Shown: positions 36,269-59,665 of the stretch, piece by piece
Layout of the letters: every line of letters starts with the position of its first letter
Position numbering within the stretch: position 1 is the first letter of the stretch
Source: the human T2T-CHM13v2.0 reference genome, Homo sapiens
Assembly (NCBI RefSeq): GCF_009914755.1
Contig: NC_060940.1
Direction: 5' to 3' (one strand)
DNA length: 64,000 nucleotides
Translations under genes and position numbers: made by a program
The notes under the pieces: generated by a model
What the model was told of the DNA's origin: nothing
Database searches by the model: none
The model's input: only the letters and a program-made list of their open reading frames with translations

Positions 36269-36931
36269 CCTCAGCTCTGCATTGACTCTCCCCAAGGGTT
36301 GGGGGGCCCCGCAGTCCACACAAGGTGGGATTTTTACTGTGTCTGAGGCCAGACTCCTTGACACCCAGTTCTCACTGAGGGAATTAGGTCTCAGTTGGCT
36401 TCTTCAGTCAACTGTCTCTGACCAGACTCAAGGGGTTTCCTCAAGTTCAAACCCATGACTTACAGACATGATTGGAGTTGTGAGACAGCAAAAGTTCTCG
36501 TCCATGTGTTGCAAACCTCTTCCCCATTCCAGGGGGTTCTGATCCATGCAGTTTACAGCCGAGGCCCCCTCTGAGGAGCTCTCACATTAGACACCACCGT
36601 GGGCCTCTATACAAACAAATTTGAGCCCCAGGTATGAAGTCGTGGGTAGGCCCTGGCCTTCAGCTTCAGGCCTGGAGCCCCAGGGATGGGAGGGGAAGGC
36701 CACACCCCCACAGAGAGCTGTGGCTGCTGCAGCCTCAGGGACGGGGCAGGGCCCTCTCTTGGGTCAGGCTGGGCCCAGAGCCATCTCCTCAACTGCCTTG
36801 AACAAGAATGACCACCTAAGCCCCAGCCGGTTTCCCAGAGTCCTTGAACTTGAGAGTGGTGGTGGCCGGATCTAGATGAGTGAGCTTAAGGAGATCAGAG
36901 ATTATGAATTGCTGAATTCTCTTCCTGGACT

Positions 36932-37230
36932 TTATTTTATTTTATTTTTTTGAGACAGAGTCTCGCTCTGTCGCCCAGACTGGAGTGCAGTGGTATGATA
37001 GCCGACTGCAACCTCCGTCTCCTGGGTTCAAGTGATTATTCTGCCTCAGCCTCCTAAGTAGCTGGGACTACAGGGGTGTGCCACCATGGCCAGCTAATTT
37101 TTGAATTTTTAGTACAGACTGGGTTTCACCATGTTGGCCAGGCTGATCTCGAACTCTTACCCTCAAGTGATCCACCTGCCTCAGCCTCCCGAAGTGCTGT
37201 GATTACAGGCATGAGCCACAACGCCTGGCC
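36932..37230 (-). mobile_element. AluS
   Basis: TSD CTTCCTGGACT at 36921-36931 and 37233-37243. Confidence 0.95.
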
Positions 37231-37629
37231 TCCTTCCTGGACTCTCAACAGCATCATCTGCTTGCCTCTGGCTGGGGCTCCCTGTTCCTCTGAAGGCCCC
37301 GCCTGTGAGTGGGGGTGTGAGCAGGGCTGGTGTCTGCTGTCCATCCCAGGCAGGGCCATCAAGTCCCATAGGACAAGACAGCACACAGAGCCTGGACCCT
37401 GGGAAAGGCAGGGGTATTAGGAGGCTTGGACAGGCCTTCAGGCAAACCCTTGCTCTCTGCTCTCCAGCAGAGTGACCTTGGGCAGCTGTCTATGCTGCAG
37501 AGGCAATGACCCCCCGGAGCATTGACTCAAGGATTAAATGAGATGATGGCTTAAAGTGCCATGACAGTTCCTGGCACGTTAGGTACTCCGCGGACGGTGG
37601 CTGCTATCATCAGCGTAATAATAGATATT

Positions 37630-37931
<302 letters not shown>

Positions 37932-38123
37932 TTAATTATGATGATTTAGTTATGTAAACTGCCCCGACACAAACTCTCTCCCATTCCCTTGGAGCCTTCC
38001 AGATACAACAGTTTTTGTTTGTTTGTTTGTTTTATGCCTGAAAAGAACCTATTTGGCTGCAACTGTATTCATTCCCGTATTAAGCCCACATTTAAGTGCC
38101 TACAGTGCCAGCCATTGATCTAG

Positions 38124-38660
38124 GTCAGCACTATCCAACATACATACAACACAAGCCACAGATCGGAATGGCATAAGCAATTTAAAATTTTTTTCATTTT
38201 CTCTTTTGAGACAAGGTCTCACTCTATCACCTAGGCTAGAGTGCAGTGACATGATCACGGGTCACTGCAGCCTCGACCTCCCGGGTTCCAGCGATCCTTC
38301 CACCTCAGCTCCCGAGTAGCTGGGACTATAGGTGCACACCACCATGCTTGGCTAATTTTTTTTTTTAATTTATATGTTTTGTAGGGACAGGGTCTTGCTA
38401 TGTTGCCCAGACTAATCTTGAATTCCTGGCCTCAAGTGATCCTCCTGCCTGGGCCTCCCAAAGTGCTGGCATTACAGGCGTGAGCCACTATGCCCAGTCC
38501 AGCAATGTAAAATTGTCATAGCCACATTTTAAAAAGTAAAAATAAACAGATCAAACTAATTTTATTAATATATTTCATTGAACCCATATATCCAAAATAT
38601 TACTTCAACATATAATCAATATTAAAGATGATTTGTGAGTTTTTAAATGCTCAATATGTC
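38124..38660. mobile_element. MER3/MER33-like hAT element split by AluJ (38190-38500, -)
   Basis: CAGCACTATCCAA..AAGCCACA; TAGCCACATTTTAAAAAGTAAAAA..ATATCCAAAATATTA. Confidence 0.75.
38190..38500 (-). mobile_element. AluJ
   Basis: Antisense Alu. Confidence 0.9.
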
Positions 38661-38786
38661 TTTTAAAATACTTAATTGTGGAAAATACATGTGTATAGCA
38701 AAATTTACACTGTGATCATTTTTACGTGTGCAGTTCAGTGGTCTTAACTCCATCCACATTATTGGTCCTCAGAAAATATTCTGAGG

Positions 38787-40075
<1,289 letters not shown>

Positions 40076-40077
40076 AC

Positions 40078-40398
<321 letters not shown>

Positions 40399-41112
40399 TA
40401 ATAATAATAGGATCATTCCTGTTTCTCAAAGTGAAACAGAGAAAAAGAAACTATAGCTTGTCCTCCTACATAAGCCTCCAAACATTATCAGGTTGACCTT
40501 ATTTTTCTGACTCTATTCTGGAATACCGCATTTTATTCCCAATGGAACAACCACCTCCCTTCTCCACCTCTACCCATCCTACCCCACCCCACACACACAC
40601 GCCCCTGGCATCTTTCAAGGCTTGGCAGAAACTACCCTCTCCAAGTTGCCTCCAGCATTGGCAGGGAGGGAGCAGATGAAACTGACCACACTCTTCCCTG
40701 CTGGCTGTCAACACACACCACCCATCCTGGGCAAGTGGCCACTTCCATTTCTGGGGATGGGCTTAGGTGCTCACCATTGGCACCCCCCCAAGTCCTCTTT
40801 GTCCATTGGGACACAATGACATGGCTCCTGGCATGGGGCCTGGTGGGCAGGGTGTTTTCCTGTGTAATTGTACTCATACAGGGTAAAGCCCGGTGCAGCT
40901 GAGTGCTCTGGCAATAAGGAAAGCAAACACAGCAATAAGACTCTGTCAACAAGGGTATGGGAGAAAGGAGCCATCCAGGAAATGCAAGCTCTGGTGCAGC
41001 CACCTCCTCTGAAATCCCTCTTTGGTTCACTCCATCCCCAGCAGGACAGGTCCAGAAATTATGAAAAGAGTTGTCAGGCTGCTAGAGACCCAAGGCAGAT
41101 TTTTCTAGTTGA

Positions 41113-41462
<350 letters not shown>

Positions 41463-41659
41463 TGAATTTTTTTTTAAACTATAAAAGTAATACAATTTTG
41501 GAAAACAGGTACAAATATCAGAATGCAAGTTGAAATGCGCATCCGATCTTAACTTCTTATACAAACCCCTGTTCTGCCAAATAGTAGAAACTTAATTCCA
41601 ACCCATCCAGCATCTCCCCAGATCCTTACACCAGGGTTGTACCTAAATTCAAGGAAGGA

Positions 41660-41996
<337 letters not shown>

Positions 41997-42164
41997 TTAA
42001 CTTTTTTTTTTAAGTCTGTATTTCCTGCTTCCCTACAACTATCTTTGCCTAACAATAGATTTTTTCATATACTTAGAATCCTGGTTTTTTTCAAGCAGCA
42101 TTCTATTATAAGCTTTTTTCCATTTTGCTATTAAAAATTATCTTCTCATTTATTACTTTTATGA

Positions 42165-42830
<666 letters not shown>

Positions 42831-42834
42831 CTTT

Positions 42835-43105
42835 TATTGCTATTGCCCAGGCTGGAGTGCAGTGGTGCAATCATAGCTCACCACAGCCTCAAACTCCCAG
42901 ACTCAAGCAATCTTCCCGCCTCAGCCTTCCAAGAAGCTGGGACTACAGGCATGCATCACTATGCTCAGCTAACGTTTTTATTTTTTGTAGAGGTGGGATC
43001 TCGCTATATTGCCCTGGATGGTCTCAAACTCCTGGCCTCAAGTGATCCTCCCACCTTGACCTCTCAAAGTGCTGGGATTACAGACAGGAGCCACCATGCC
43101 TGGCC
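42835..43105 (-). mobile_element. AluJ
   Basis: Antisense Alu. Confidence 0.9.
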
Positions 43106-43107
43106 TA

Positions 43108-43448
<341 letters not shown>

Positions 43449-44682
43449 CTAACCATTTTTCTTAATGGCTCCCCAATACCTCATTGTGTGCCTGTATCGT
43501 AGTTTGTGGAACCCTTCTGCTCTTGCATGTTTAAGGTTTCTTGCCATGAGTGTCTGTATCCATACAGAGAAGCTGGGCAGAGAGGATTTAGCCATCGCAA
43601 AATGTGGTCACCTCTCAAACCAAAATGTGGTGCTTGGCTAGCAGGTGAACAAGAAAATGACAAACCAGGAGCCCTTCTGGCCTCATGACAAGATGGGTCC
43701 TCCAAAGGCCAGATGTACACTTGTTTTTCCTTGAAAAGGACATTCACAAAGAAAAGAATAAACAGGAAGGTTTTCCTCACAGCTATGACCACATCTTCTG
43801 TCTTAGAGTTTGGGGTCTTCCGGATCAGTTGGCAAGACATGTGTCAGGCTGCTGGGATGGAGGCCTATATCATCCTAGAGCCAGCAGTGGAGAAACCCAC
43901 AGAACAAGTCTTGTAAGGAAGCCGCCAAGCATGGCAGCTGGGGCCGAGGGGTCAGTAGGGCCAGTTGTCTTTAAGTCACAAGTGGGAAGGTGTTTTATCT
44001 AATCTGGTGAGTTTACAAGACAAGAAAGGATCTTTGCTGAATCTGTCACCCCACGCAGAGTGGCATGTGCAGATGGCTTTTAGATAGTGCACAGACAATT
44101 GCTTTTCATCTCATTAGTAATTATTTATGTTGAGGGGTATTAGAAAACATATATAATTAGTAGCATCCAACCTGTGATTTTGTGGACATTCTTGCTTAGG
44201 ACAAAACTAAAGTAGATATTTAAGTAAAAAACAAGAGTGAGTCAACTTAAAGAAAGATATTAAGTAAATGATAGTATAATTGGTTCCCAGGGACAGCCCA
44301 GATCATGATGGGCACGAAGTCCATCCTTGTACATCTCAAAGTCAGCCCTTGTGCATTAAGTACTTAGTCCCTGAGAATAGAAAGACAGCCAGCAATCTTT
44401 CACTCCAATCTTTGGTCTGTCTTTGCTACAAGAGGCCTCTGTTTTCAGAGACAGCTTCTCAGAGCTTCTTAACAAGCATGAGCTGGACTCAAGAACCCAG
44501 GAGGTACTGGAAACAGGCAGTCAGCACAGATGCAACATCTGAGTTCCTAAAATTCGGAAGTGGGTCAGGTCAGTTTCAAACATGGAAGTCCTGTCCTGCA
44601 ACAATTTGGTTAAATGCCTCTGAATCGTGGGTGGTGGTTTCGCCACCCATGCTATACCTTGAGCGTTTATTTTTGAAGTGAG

Positions 44683-45348
<666 letters not shown>

Positions 45349-45399
45349 TAATTTTTCTACTTGCCTAATGAAGTGAACCACAGCTAATAAGAGCTGATG

Positions 45400-45580
45400 C
45401 ACCCATAGTGCTGTGAACTACACATTGTTTTAAGCACCCTCGGAGGTAGGTGTAATACTGCCCTCTCCATGCAGTTGAGGAGACAGAGACACAGAGATAC
45501 CATGTAGCTTGTGCAGGGTTACATGGCACAGCTGAGCATTCACACCCAAAGCTTGGCTCCAGCAACCAAGCCCTGACCAA
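45400..45580 (-). mobile_element. MIR
   Basis: GAGGTAGGT..GCAGTTGAGGAGACAGAG.CACAGAGA. Confidence 0.6.
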
Positions 45581-45714
45581 CTCCCCAGTAAGGGGAATCA
45601 TGGTAAAGCCCTTCCTTCAAACTGTATCTTTATTGCATCTTTTTTTCCATACTGGGGGTCATGCACACTCACATTCTAACCAGGCGATAGAAGGCTTTCT
45701 TCTTTTGAAAATAT

Positions 45715-45960
45715 GCCAGCCTGGGCAACATGGTGAGACTCTGTCTCTACAAAATATTTTAAAAATTAGTTGGGTGTGGTGGCATGTGCCTGTGGTCTCA
45801 GCTACATGGGAGACTGAGGCGGGAGAATCACTTGAGCCCAGGCAGTTGGAGGCTGCGGTGAATTGCGATTGCACCACTGCACTCCAGCCTGTGTCACAGA
45901 GTGAGACCCTGTCTCAAAAAAAAAAAAAGAAAAAAAGAGAGCGAAAGAAAGAAAAGAAAA
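45715..45960 (+). mobile_element. 5'-truncated AluJ
   Basis: Starts CCAGCCTGGGCAACATGG. Confidence 0.9.
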
Positions 45961-46454
45961 TATGGCCCAGCTCAGCAAAACATTGTTGACTGTGGCTCCA
46001 GGCAGAAGCCCATGTTTTGCAGCTACCCATGTGTCGCCTTTGAGGGCCTTAGGAAAAGTCACTTCTTTGTGTGGCTGTAGTGCCCAGGGACCCCGACTCG
46101 GCAGGTGGAGCATGGGCTGGACTTCCAGCTCTTGTCCGGCATCCTCCAACCTGGATGGGCCCAACGTGAACAATCCCCTTGGTCCCTTGATGGTTAGGAA
46201 GAAAAGCAGGCACAAGCAGCTGTTCTGAGGCTATAGCGGTTTTGCTTGGAGCATTGGCCCACGTGTGAGGTTGGGATTGACAAAAGCAGGCTGAGAGAGA
46301 TGAGGGCCTTGGAAGGAACAGGAAAGAGGCCAGACAGGATTCTGAGGGGCATTTCCCCCAGCGCCTTGCTTTCGGATCCTGCAGCCTGTTCTCTGTGCAG
46401 TGCCTGAGGGGCAGGGATGTGTGCTGTACTGAGCTCTGAGGAATGAGATCTCTT

Positions 46455-46749
46455 GTCTTTTTGTTTTTTGGGTGGTTTTAGACCAGGGTCCTGCTCTGGT
46501 GCCCGGGCTGGAGTGCAGTGGCGCGATCATAGTTCACTGCAGCCTCCAACCCCTGGGCTTAAGTGATCCTCCCTCCTCAGCCTCCTGAACAGTTGGGACT
46601 AGAGTCATGTGCCACCACACCTGGCTAATTTGTAAATTTTTTCTAGAAATGGGGTCTTGCTATGTTGCCCAGGTTCTTGAACTCCTGGCCTCAAGCGATC
46701 CTCCTGCTGCAGCCTCCCAAGTGGCAGGCATGAGCCACCATGCCCGGCC
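46455..46749 (-). mobile_element. AluJ
   Basis: TSD GAGATCTCTT at 46445-46454 and 46750-46759. Confidence 0.9.
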
Positions 46750-47178
46750 GAGATCTCTTAAGGGCAGTCGAGGCTTCCCTGGAGCTAGCTGCAGGAGATG
46801 GAGATAACCCGGGTTATGGCTTCACATCTGGAGACCAGACAAGGTTTTCCAAGGACCCTGGCACATGCTCCCTGAAAGGTGTGGCCAGCGTTCTTTATCA
46901 CCAGCCAGCAGCTTTCATCTGAGCTCTTATCTGATACTTGCCATGATTCATCTTCCATCTCAGGACCAGCTAGATGGGCACAGCCGAGCTGCATTGAGCC
47001 CACAGGAGGGCAGGGCTGTGTTGAAGAGGGTGGCAGGTCTCTGCCCCACACAACTTGCTCACCCTCCCCACTGGCTCCTGTCAGAATCACTCCCTTCTTT
47101 CTCAGCGCTCCTGGGTGGTGTGTAGCACTTGCAAGTTTGGCCTTAAGTACTCCCTTCTTTTCCCAACAGCCCAGATGA

Positions 47179-47648
<470 letters not shown>

Positions 47649-47839
47649 CCAGCACAGCTCAGAATTAGCACAGGAGGGGGAGCATCTATTCCAGGTCTGA
47701 GTTCTGTCTCAACAGGGGCCTCTTTGTAGGATCAACACTGGCCATATAAAGGGGTGGGAGGAACTTACACCACCATGAAGTGTGAGCTAAGGACAGGGCA
47801 TTATAAGGAAACCCACAGGGCTGTTTTGTGTGGGGGTGG

Positions 47840-48519
<680 letters not shown>

Positions 48520-48678
48520 AGAGATGTTTTTTATCCCCTAGGCTCCCTGTAATCCCACATATAGGCATTGCCAGGGCCAGGGCACCTGCTGACATGGTGA
48601 GGATTCCATCCTAGTGGAGTGACCCCAGCCTCACGGGTCTTCCTTCAAAGGAGCCAAGTGTAGAAAAGTGGCCTTGTT

Positions 48679-49237
<559 letters not shown>

Positions 49238-49434
49238 CTAGAGACCTTGGGGAGTATGGGATTTCCCTGCCAGGGAGTGACTCAGTCCCACGAGAAGCAG
49301 AGTCTAGAGACCTCTTCTCTGCTTGGCCATTTCTCTGTGAATGACAGTTCCAACCACCCATGGTAAACACCCAGGGCCATTTTGAATAATTCTACACCTT
49401 CCATAAAATGTTAATACCAAGAATAATAATTTTT

Positions 49435-49830
49435 AAAAATAACAATAGCTGCCATTTATGAACACTTACTTTGCGACGGGCACTGTGCAAACTGCTTCCC
49501 ATGCCTTATCTTATTGAATCCTGACAACAACCTAGAAGGCACAGGTACTATTATTCCCATTTGCAGATGATAAAATTAAGGCTCATGGCTGGATGCAATG
49601 GCTCGCACTTGTAATCCCAGCACTTTGGGAGGCCAAGGTGGGGGGATTGCTTGAGCCCAGGAGTTTGAGACCAGCCTGGGCAATACAGCAAGACCCCATC
49701 TCTAATTTAAAAATTAAATTAAGTTAAAATTTAAAAATAAAGACTCAGAGAGACCAACCTATTTACGTCATGGATTGAGCCCCTTCCTTAAGGAGATGGC
49801 AGAACCAGACCCTAACTGGGGCCTAACTCC
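49435..49830 (-). mobile_element. MIR interrupted by FLAM (+, 49587-49735)
   Basis: CCATTTATGAACACTTACT..ACAACCT..CCCATTTGCAGATGA. Confidence 0.75.
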
Positions 49831-50589
49831 CAAACCCTACCCTGTCTGCCCTTGAATGGGAATGTTAGTCACATCCAGGTCCTTAACGCCCAGATGTGCT
49901 GTGCTTGCCTGCGATGTGGATGGGAATTACTCATCACCATGTAAGGTTGCTCCCTGCCCCATAGAATGAGAGGGTGACTCTGCCATTGCCACACCATGGA
50001 ATGAAACCGTGGGACAGCCACCAACATGCCCCCAACAGGGTGGACAGCCACATTCCCCAGACACCACCCAACACGTGGGGCAGCGACCCCAGAGAACATC
50101 TCCACGTGGTGTGGGAGTGTGGCTACCGCCTCAACACTGCCTTACAGTGAACCTCCCATGACCCACCCCGGAGAACTCAGAGTTGACATCAGCATGACAT
50201 TGCTGTAAATTCTTAGCATTTCAGGGCTCGAATGAGTGATAAAGTGTTTCTAAACCAGTGCTTTCCAGCCTTTTTCGAGTCATGGACTATATACATGCAT
50301 ACTGTATGCACAGGATTCACACTACAGTAAAGAGACAAGGTGGCATGTGACCAATGGCAGTGGAGGGCAGGCAGTGGGGGACAGGGGTGCTCCAGCCGCC
50401 CACAGGTCTAGAACATCAACACTTCAGCTCACCTGAAACCCTGAGGCACACCCGTCTGGACTGCCCTAGTCCTGCCTTAACCTGCAGCAGCTGTTCTTCC
50501 TTGCTTTGCTTCCTCAGCTCTTGTGGTAAAGCTGTTTGCACCCCATTCACCCCTCTGCAACCTTCTCATTCTAAGTGGTCAAGCTGTTT

Positions 50590-51245
50590 CCCATTTGAGA
50601 ATATTACAGTGTTGCAATCAACATCCTTAAACTGTGCACACGTGTGTGCATGCACCAATGCACCAAAGCACACTTACTACATGAAGTGGAACTGTGGGGT
50701 CATGGGCTGTCACATTTTAAATGTAGTAGGGACTGCCAGATTGCTGTCCAAATGACTGCACCAATTTCAACCCCATCAGCACATAAACGTGTTTTTTTCC
50801 CCAGAGCTCGGCCCATACTTAGTATTATGGAACAGTTTAATCTTTGCAAATCTAATCACTGCTATACAAATTTTTTGGCTCTAACTCTAATCAGTCCACA
50901 TTTTAAATTTTAATTGCTCTTTTCAATATTTTTTTTCTCTTTCCTGTGGACATGTAAGCTACACGAAGGCAGAGATTCATTGCCTGACTGTTTTGTTCAC
51001 TGATGAATGTCCAGCACCTAGAACAGTGCAGAGTACACAATGGATGATTAATCAATATTTGCTGACTGAATAGATTAAACATTGATATGCTGCAAAATTC
51101 AAAAGGTGCAAAAGGAGTAAATAATTTTTTTATGTCTCCTTTTCTGCCTGTTCCCCCAGCCACTCAGTTCCTTTCTTGAGGGCAACTCATATTACCACTT
51201 TCTTGTGTGACCTGGTAGAAGGACTGCACAGATACAAGGAAATAC
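50590..51245 (-). mobile_element. Old L1ME fragments with an L2 end (~50960-51070)
   Basis: AAGTGGAACTG..GGGTCA..CTGCCAGATTGC..TCCAAA..TGCACCAATTT; CCAGCACCTAGAACAGTG. Confidence 0.6.
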
Positions 51246-51249
51246 CTCT

Positions 51250-51643
51250 ATGTTGCCTAAGCTGGCCTCATACTTGTGGGCTCAAAGATCCTCCTGCCTC
51301 AGCCTCCCAAAGTGCTGGGATTATAGGAGTGAGCCACCGTGCCAGCCTGTATTTTCTTTTTTTTTTTTTTTAGATGGAGTTTCTCTCTGTCGCCCAGGCC
51401 GGAGGGCAGGCTTGGCTCACTGCAACCTCCGCATCCCAGGTTCAAGCGATTCTCCTGCCTCAGCCTCCCAATAGCTGGGATTACAGGTGTGTGCCACCAT
51501 GCCCAGCTAATATTTGTATTTTTAGTAGAGACAGGGTTTTGCCATTTTGGCCAGACTAGTCTTGAACTCCTGACCTCAGGTAATCCACCTGCCTCAGCCT
51601 CCCAAAGTGCTGGGATTATAGGTGTGAGCCACTGTGCCCGGCC
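51250..51643 (-). mobile_element. Alu left-arm fragment (51250-51347) plus AluS (51350-51643)
   Basis: Antisense Alus. Confidence 0.9.
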
Positions 51644-52143
51644 TCTATTTTTTTTTTTTAACATAAATGCATGTGTGCTTCATATGCTGTTCTACCCTTT
51701 CTTTGCTCTCACTTAACTGTATATATTGACAACATTCACTGTCTCTGATCAGCTCAAATAAGACCTGTATCTTAGAGGGCTGTGGAGGAAGCCACTTTCC
51801 CTATCGTCTCCATTAGTCATGCTGTGTTTGGCTTTCTGGGAGCACCCCTAGATGTCAGGGAACCACAGCCTTGGGCAAAAGAGGTTCATAGGTGCACACA
51901 GAGGATGCGGGCAGCTGCATGGCCCCACTTCAGATTTCCCCAACACCCACCAGAACAGGTGCAAGATGTCAGGTGCCCCGTCTGAGCTAGTAGGTGAGAG
52001 GTGGCCGGAAGCCAGGCAATCTGGTTTCTATTTTCAGACCTGCCCTTTGACTCACCATGACTGTGGGTAAGTCCCTCTGAGTCCCTCTGTGCTCTAAATT
52101 CGCTGTGTAATGGGCATAATTATGCCCACCCCAACATACTTAA

Positions 52144-52566
<423 letters not shown>

Positions 52567-52589
52567 AAGATGATTTTTTTTTCAATGAT

Positions 52590-52865
52590 TCTCAGAGGAA
52601 CCTTTTTCTGAATAGTTAAGAAAGTATGTTCATGTGTATTAGGAAAAAATGGCTCAGCACATCAAACCTGTTATTTCACAGGTGTAATATTGCTTTGTAT
52701 TCATAGTAGTGCCTAGGAGGAAGTTGAGTTTATTTTAGCCAAAAATAAAAAAATGAGATGATGTGGCATTATCTAGTAAGTAAATAATGATACAAGTGCT
52801 ACACAGATTTAGCAAAAATTGCAAAAGTGGTATACAAATGATCAATGCTAAGGAAAGCATTGAAT
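52590..52865. mobile_element. hAT-Charlie relic (related pieces at ~44090-44290 and ~59950-60290)
   Basis: AGCACATCAAACCTG..ATTTCAC..TAAGTAAATAAT..AAAGTGGTA. Confidence 0.45.
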
Positions 52866-52939
52866 TAGCAGGTAGTTAGAGGGAAATAACAAAATCAAGC
52901 TTATAAATATTTATATGAAATACTCATTTGAAATATTTC

Positions 52940-53573
52940 TTTTTACTATTTATTTATTAATTTTTTAGACAGTGTCTTGCTGTGTCACCCAGGCTAGGCT
53001 TGCAATGATACAATCATAGCTAATTGCAACCTCCAACTCCTGGGCTCAAGCAATCCTCCCACCTCAGCCTCCCCGGTAGCTGAGACCACAGGCACATGCC
53101 ACCACATTTGGCTAATTTTGTAAGTTTTTTGTAGAGGTGAGGCTTTCAATATGTTACCTGGGCTGGTTTCAAACTCCTGGACTCCAGTGATCCTCCTGCT
53201 TCAGTCTCCCAAAGCACTGGGATTACAGGCATGAGCTACCAGGAGTGGCCAGGTTTCTTTCTCTTTCTTTCTTTTTTTTTTTTTTTTGAGATGGAGTTTC
53301 ACTCTTGTCGTCCAGGCTGGAGTGCAGTGGTATGATCTCGGCTCACTGCAACCTCCACCTCCCTACCAGGTTCAAGCAATTCTCCTGCCTCAGCCTCCCA
53401 AGTAGCTGGAATTATAGGCACCTGTCACCATGCCCGGCTAATTTTTGTATTTTTAGTAGAGACAGGGTTTCACCATGTTGACCAGGCTGGTCTCGAATTC
53501 CTGACCTCAGGTGATCCACTCACCTCGGCCTCCCAAAGTGCTGTGATTACAGGCTTGAGCCACCGTGCTTGGC
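52940..53573 (-). mobile_element. AluJ (52940-53250) and AluS (53255-53573)
   Basis: Antisense Alus; second has TSD CCAGGTTTCTT. Confidence 0.9.
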
Positions 53574-53681
53574 CCCAGGTTTCTTCTTATTTAGTGCAAA
53601 TATATATGACATAGTAAATCAGAGATCAGCAAACTTCTTTAAAGTACCAGATGGTTAATATTTAAACATTTAAAACATATA

Positions 53682-53998
<317 letters not shown>

Positions 53999-54764
53999 TC
54001 ATTTAATACATTTCCTGCACCAAAGCTGGTAGCAACCATTTTTCTAAGAAGCCCTGGTTCTTTTAGTCAAAAATGGTATTTAGAGACCAAAATCTTGGTG
54101 CTGGGAATGCACATAATATTTGAATTTATAAATAGAAATTGTGTCCAAGGTATGCCCTGGCTTCTCTAGAGATCCTGACAGCTTCCCTAAAACTCTTCTT
54201 CACTTTTTCTGGCCTGGACACTAAACCTCAGCTGTGGCTGTTACACCTGGCCAGGTGCTTGAGAATAAAGAGTCAGTCATGTCCTCTGGTTGCCCTTGCA
54301 GAGGCAGAAACATGCAAGATTTTTCAATAACCAGAGTCAAATCCACTTTCAGGTTAACCTTCAATTAACTTTAAAAATCCAGCTACCAGAAACCATATTC
54401 CCCAGTAATCTTGGATAATTGAGGTTTTGCTGCGAAAATAAGTACAGGGGATTTTAATGAAAGCATCTGACCTGCAATTTACAGGAGTCACAAAGTCAGA
54501 TGTCCACATGAGCCAGAGCAGCTAATGAAAATGAGTAAAGAGGGCTGGGTATAAGACAGCATGGAATGGGAAGAATTGGGGTGAGCTGGGAACACACTAC
54601 CCATCCAAGGAGAGCAGCTGCTAGTCAAATCTAGCAGAACATGGTCATGCGGGGACAACCGTCACATCTTTCTGACTTTTCAAAGGATGAAGAAAATCCA
54701 CGTTTTAAAAAAATGTGAAATCTCATCATTTTGAAATGGCAATGGATTAAAGTCTTTTGTTAGA

Positions 54765-57065
<2,301 letters not shown>

Positions 57066-58147
57066 TTAAATGCTAAAACATCAGACAAGGTGCCAAGACA
57101 ATTAAATGGGAGAAAGAATAGTCTGGGTGCTGGGACAAGTGGATAGGTACATGAAAAACAATGAAGTTGGATTCCTATCTCACACTATATATGTAAATTA
57201 ATTCAAAATGAATCAAAGACTTAAATATAAGAGCTGGAACTATAAAGTCCTTAGAGTAAAGCATAGAAACAGATCTTCAGGACCTTGGATTAGGCAATAG
57301 AGTCTTAGATATGAAACCAAAGCACACACGCAAAAAAGAAATATAGAGAAATTTGGCATCATCAAACTTAAAAACTTTTGTTCTTCAAAGGACACCATCA
57401 AGAAAGTAAAAAGACAACCCACAGAGAAGGAAAGACAATGTTTGCAAGTCCTGTCTGTTAAGGGACTTGTGTATAGAATATATAAATAACTCTTGCAACT
57501 CAGTAATAAAAAGATAAATAGCCCAGTTAAAAAATGATGAAGGATCTGAATAGACATTTCTCCAAAGAAGATATACTGGCCATATAATGGATCTAATGGC
57601 CAATATATAAGCCTATGAGAAGAAGTTCAACATCATAGCTATCAGGAAAACGCAAATTGAAACCAACGTAAGATATCACTTCACACCCCATTAAGGTAGC
57701 TGTAATAACTTTTTAAAATGGATAATAAGTTTTGGAGAGGATGTGGAGAGATTAGAACTCTCACACACCGGGTGAAATTGTTAAGTAGTGCAGCCATTTT
57801 GGAAAACAGTCTTGCAGTTCCTCAAAAGGTTAAACATAGAATTACCATCAGACTCAGATCAGGAGTTCGAGACCACTCCTGGATATATAACCAAGAGAAA
57901 TGAAACCTATTTCTACACAAAACTTATACAAGATCATTCATAGCAGTATTATCATAACAGCCAAAAAGTAAAAACAACCCAACTGTCCATCAACTGATGA
58001 ATGGATAAATAAAATGTAGTCTCAACATAATATGGGATATTATTTAGCAATAGAAAGAAATGAAGCACTAATACATGCTGCAACGTACCTTTAAAACACA
58101 CTAAGTGAAAGAAGCCAGTCAGAAAAGACCACACATTGTGCAATTCC

Positions 58148-58443
<296 letters not shown>

Positions 58444-58460
58444 TGCAATTCTGTTTCTAT

Positions 58461-58673
58461 TAGGGGTGTCCAATCTTTTGGCTTCCCTGGACCACATTGG
58501 AAGAAGAATTATCTTGGGCCACTTATAAAATGGACTAACACTAACAATAGCTGATGAGCTAAGAAAAAAAAAAATCTCCTAGTGTTTTAAGAAAGTTTAT
58601 GAATTTGTGTTGGGCCACATTCAAAGCCATCCTGGGCTGCCTGTGGCCTGCAGGCCGCAGGATGGAAAAGCTT
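58461..58673. mobile_element. MER30 (hAT-Charlie)
   Basis: AGGGGTGTCCAATCTTTTGGCTTCCCTGG.CCACATTGGAAGAAGAATT..GGGCCACATTCAAAGCCATCCTGGGC. Confidence 0.9.
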
Positions 58674-58897
58674 GATTTATATGAAACATCCAAAACAGGC
58701 AAATCTAGAGAGACAGAGAATAGATAAGTGGTTTCTGATGGGGAGGAGGAGGGTGGAGAGAGGAATGAGAAATAACTTCTAATGGGCATGGAGTTTTCTT
58801 TAGGGGAAATAAAGATGTTTTAAAATTGATTGTGATGATAGTTGAACAATGTGAATATACTGAAATCCAGTGAATTCTACACTTTAAATGGAACACA

Positions 58898-59048
58898 CAA
58901 CAAAAAATGCTAAAACAAATAGTTGTCCATATTTTTTAAAGGGAATCTTAGCTCCTACCCCACACTATATGCAAAAACTAACTTCAAATGGTTCATAGAC
59001 CTAATAAAACTATAAAACACTCAGAAGAAAGCATAGAAGAAAACCTGT
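58898..59048 (+). repeat. Inverted copy of 56273-56425 (~95% identical)
   Basis: Manual reverse-complement alignment. Confidence 0.9.
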
Positions 59049-59069
59049 CTCGTAAGAGAACTGAAACAG

Positions 59070-59665
<596 letters not shown>

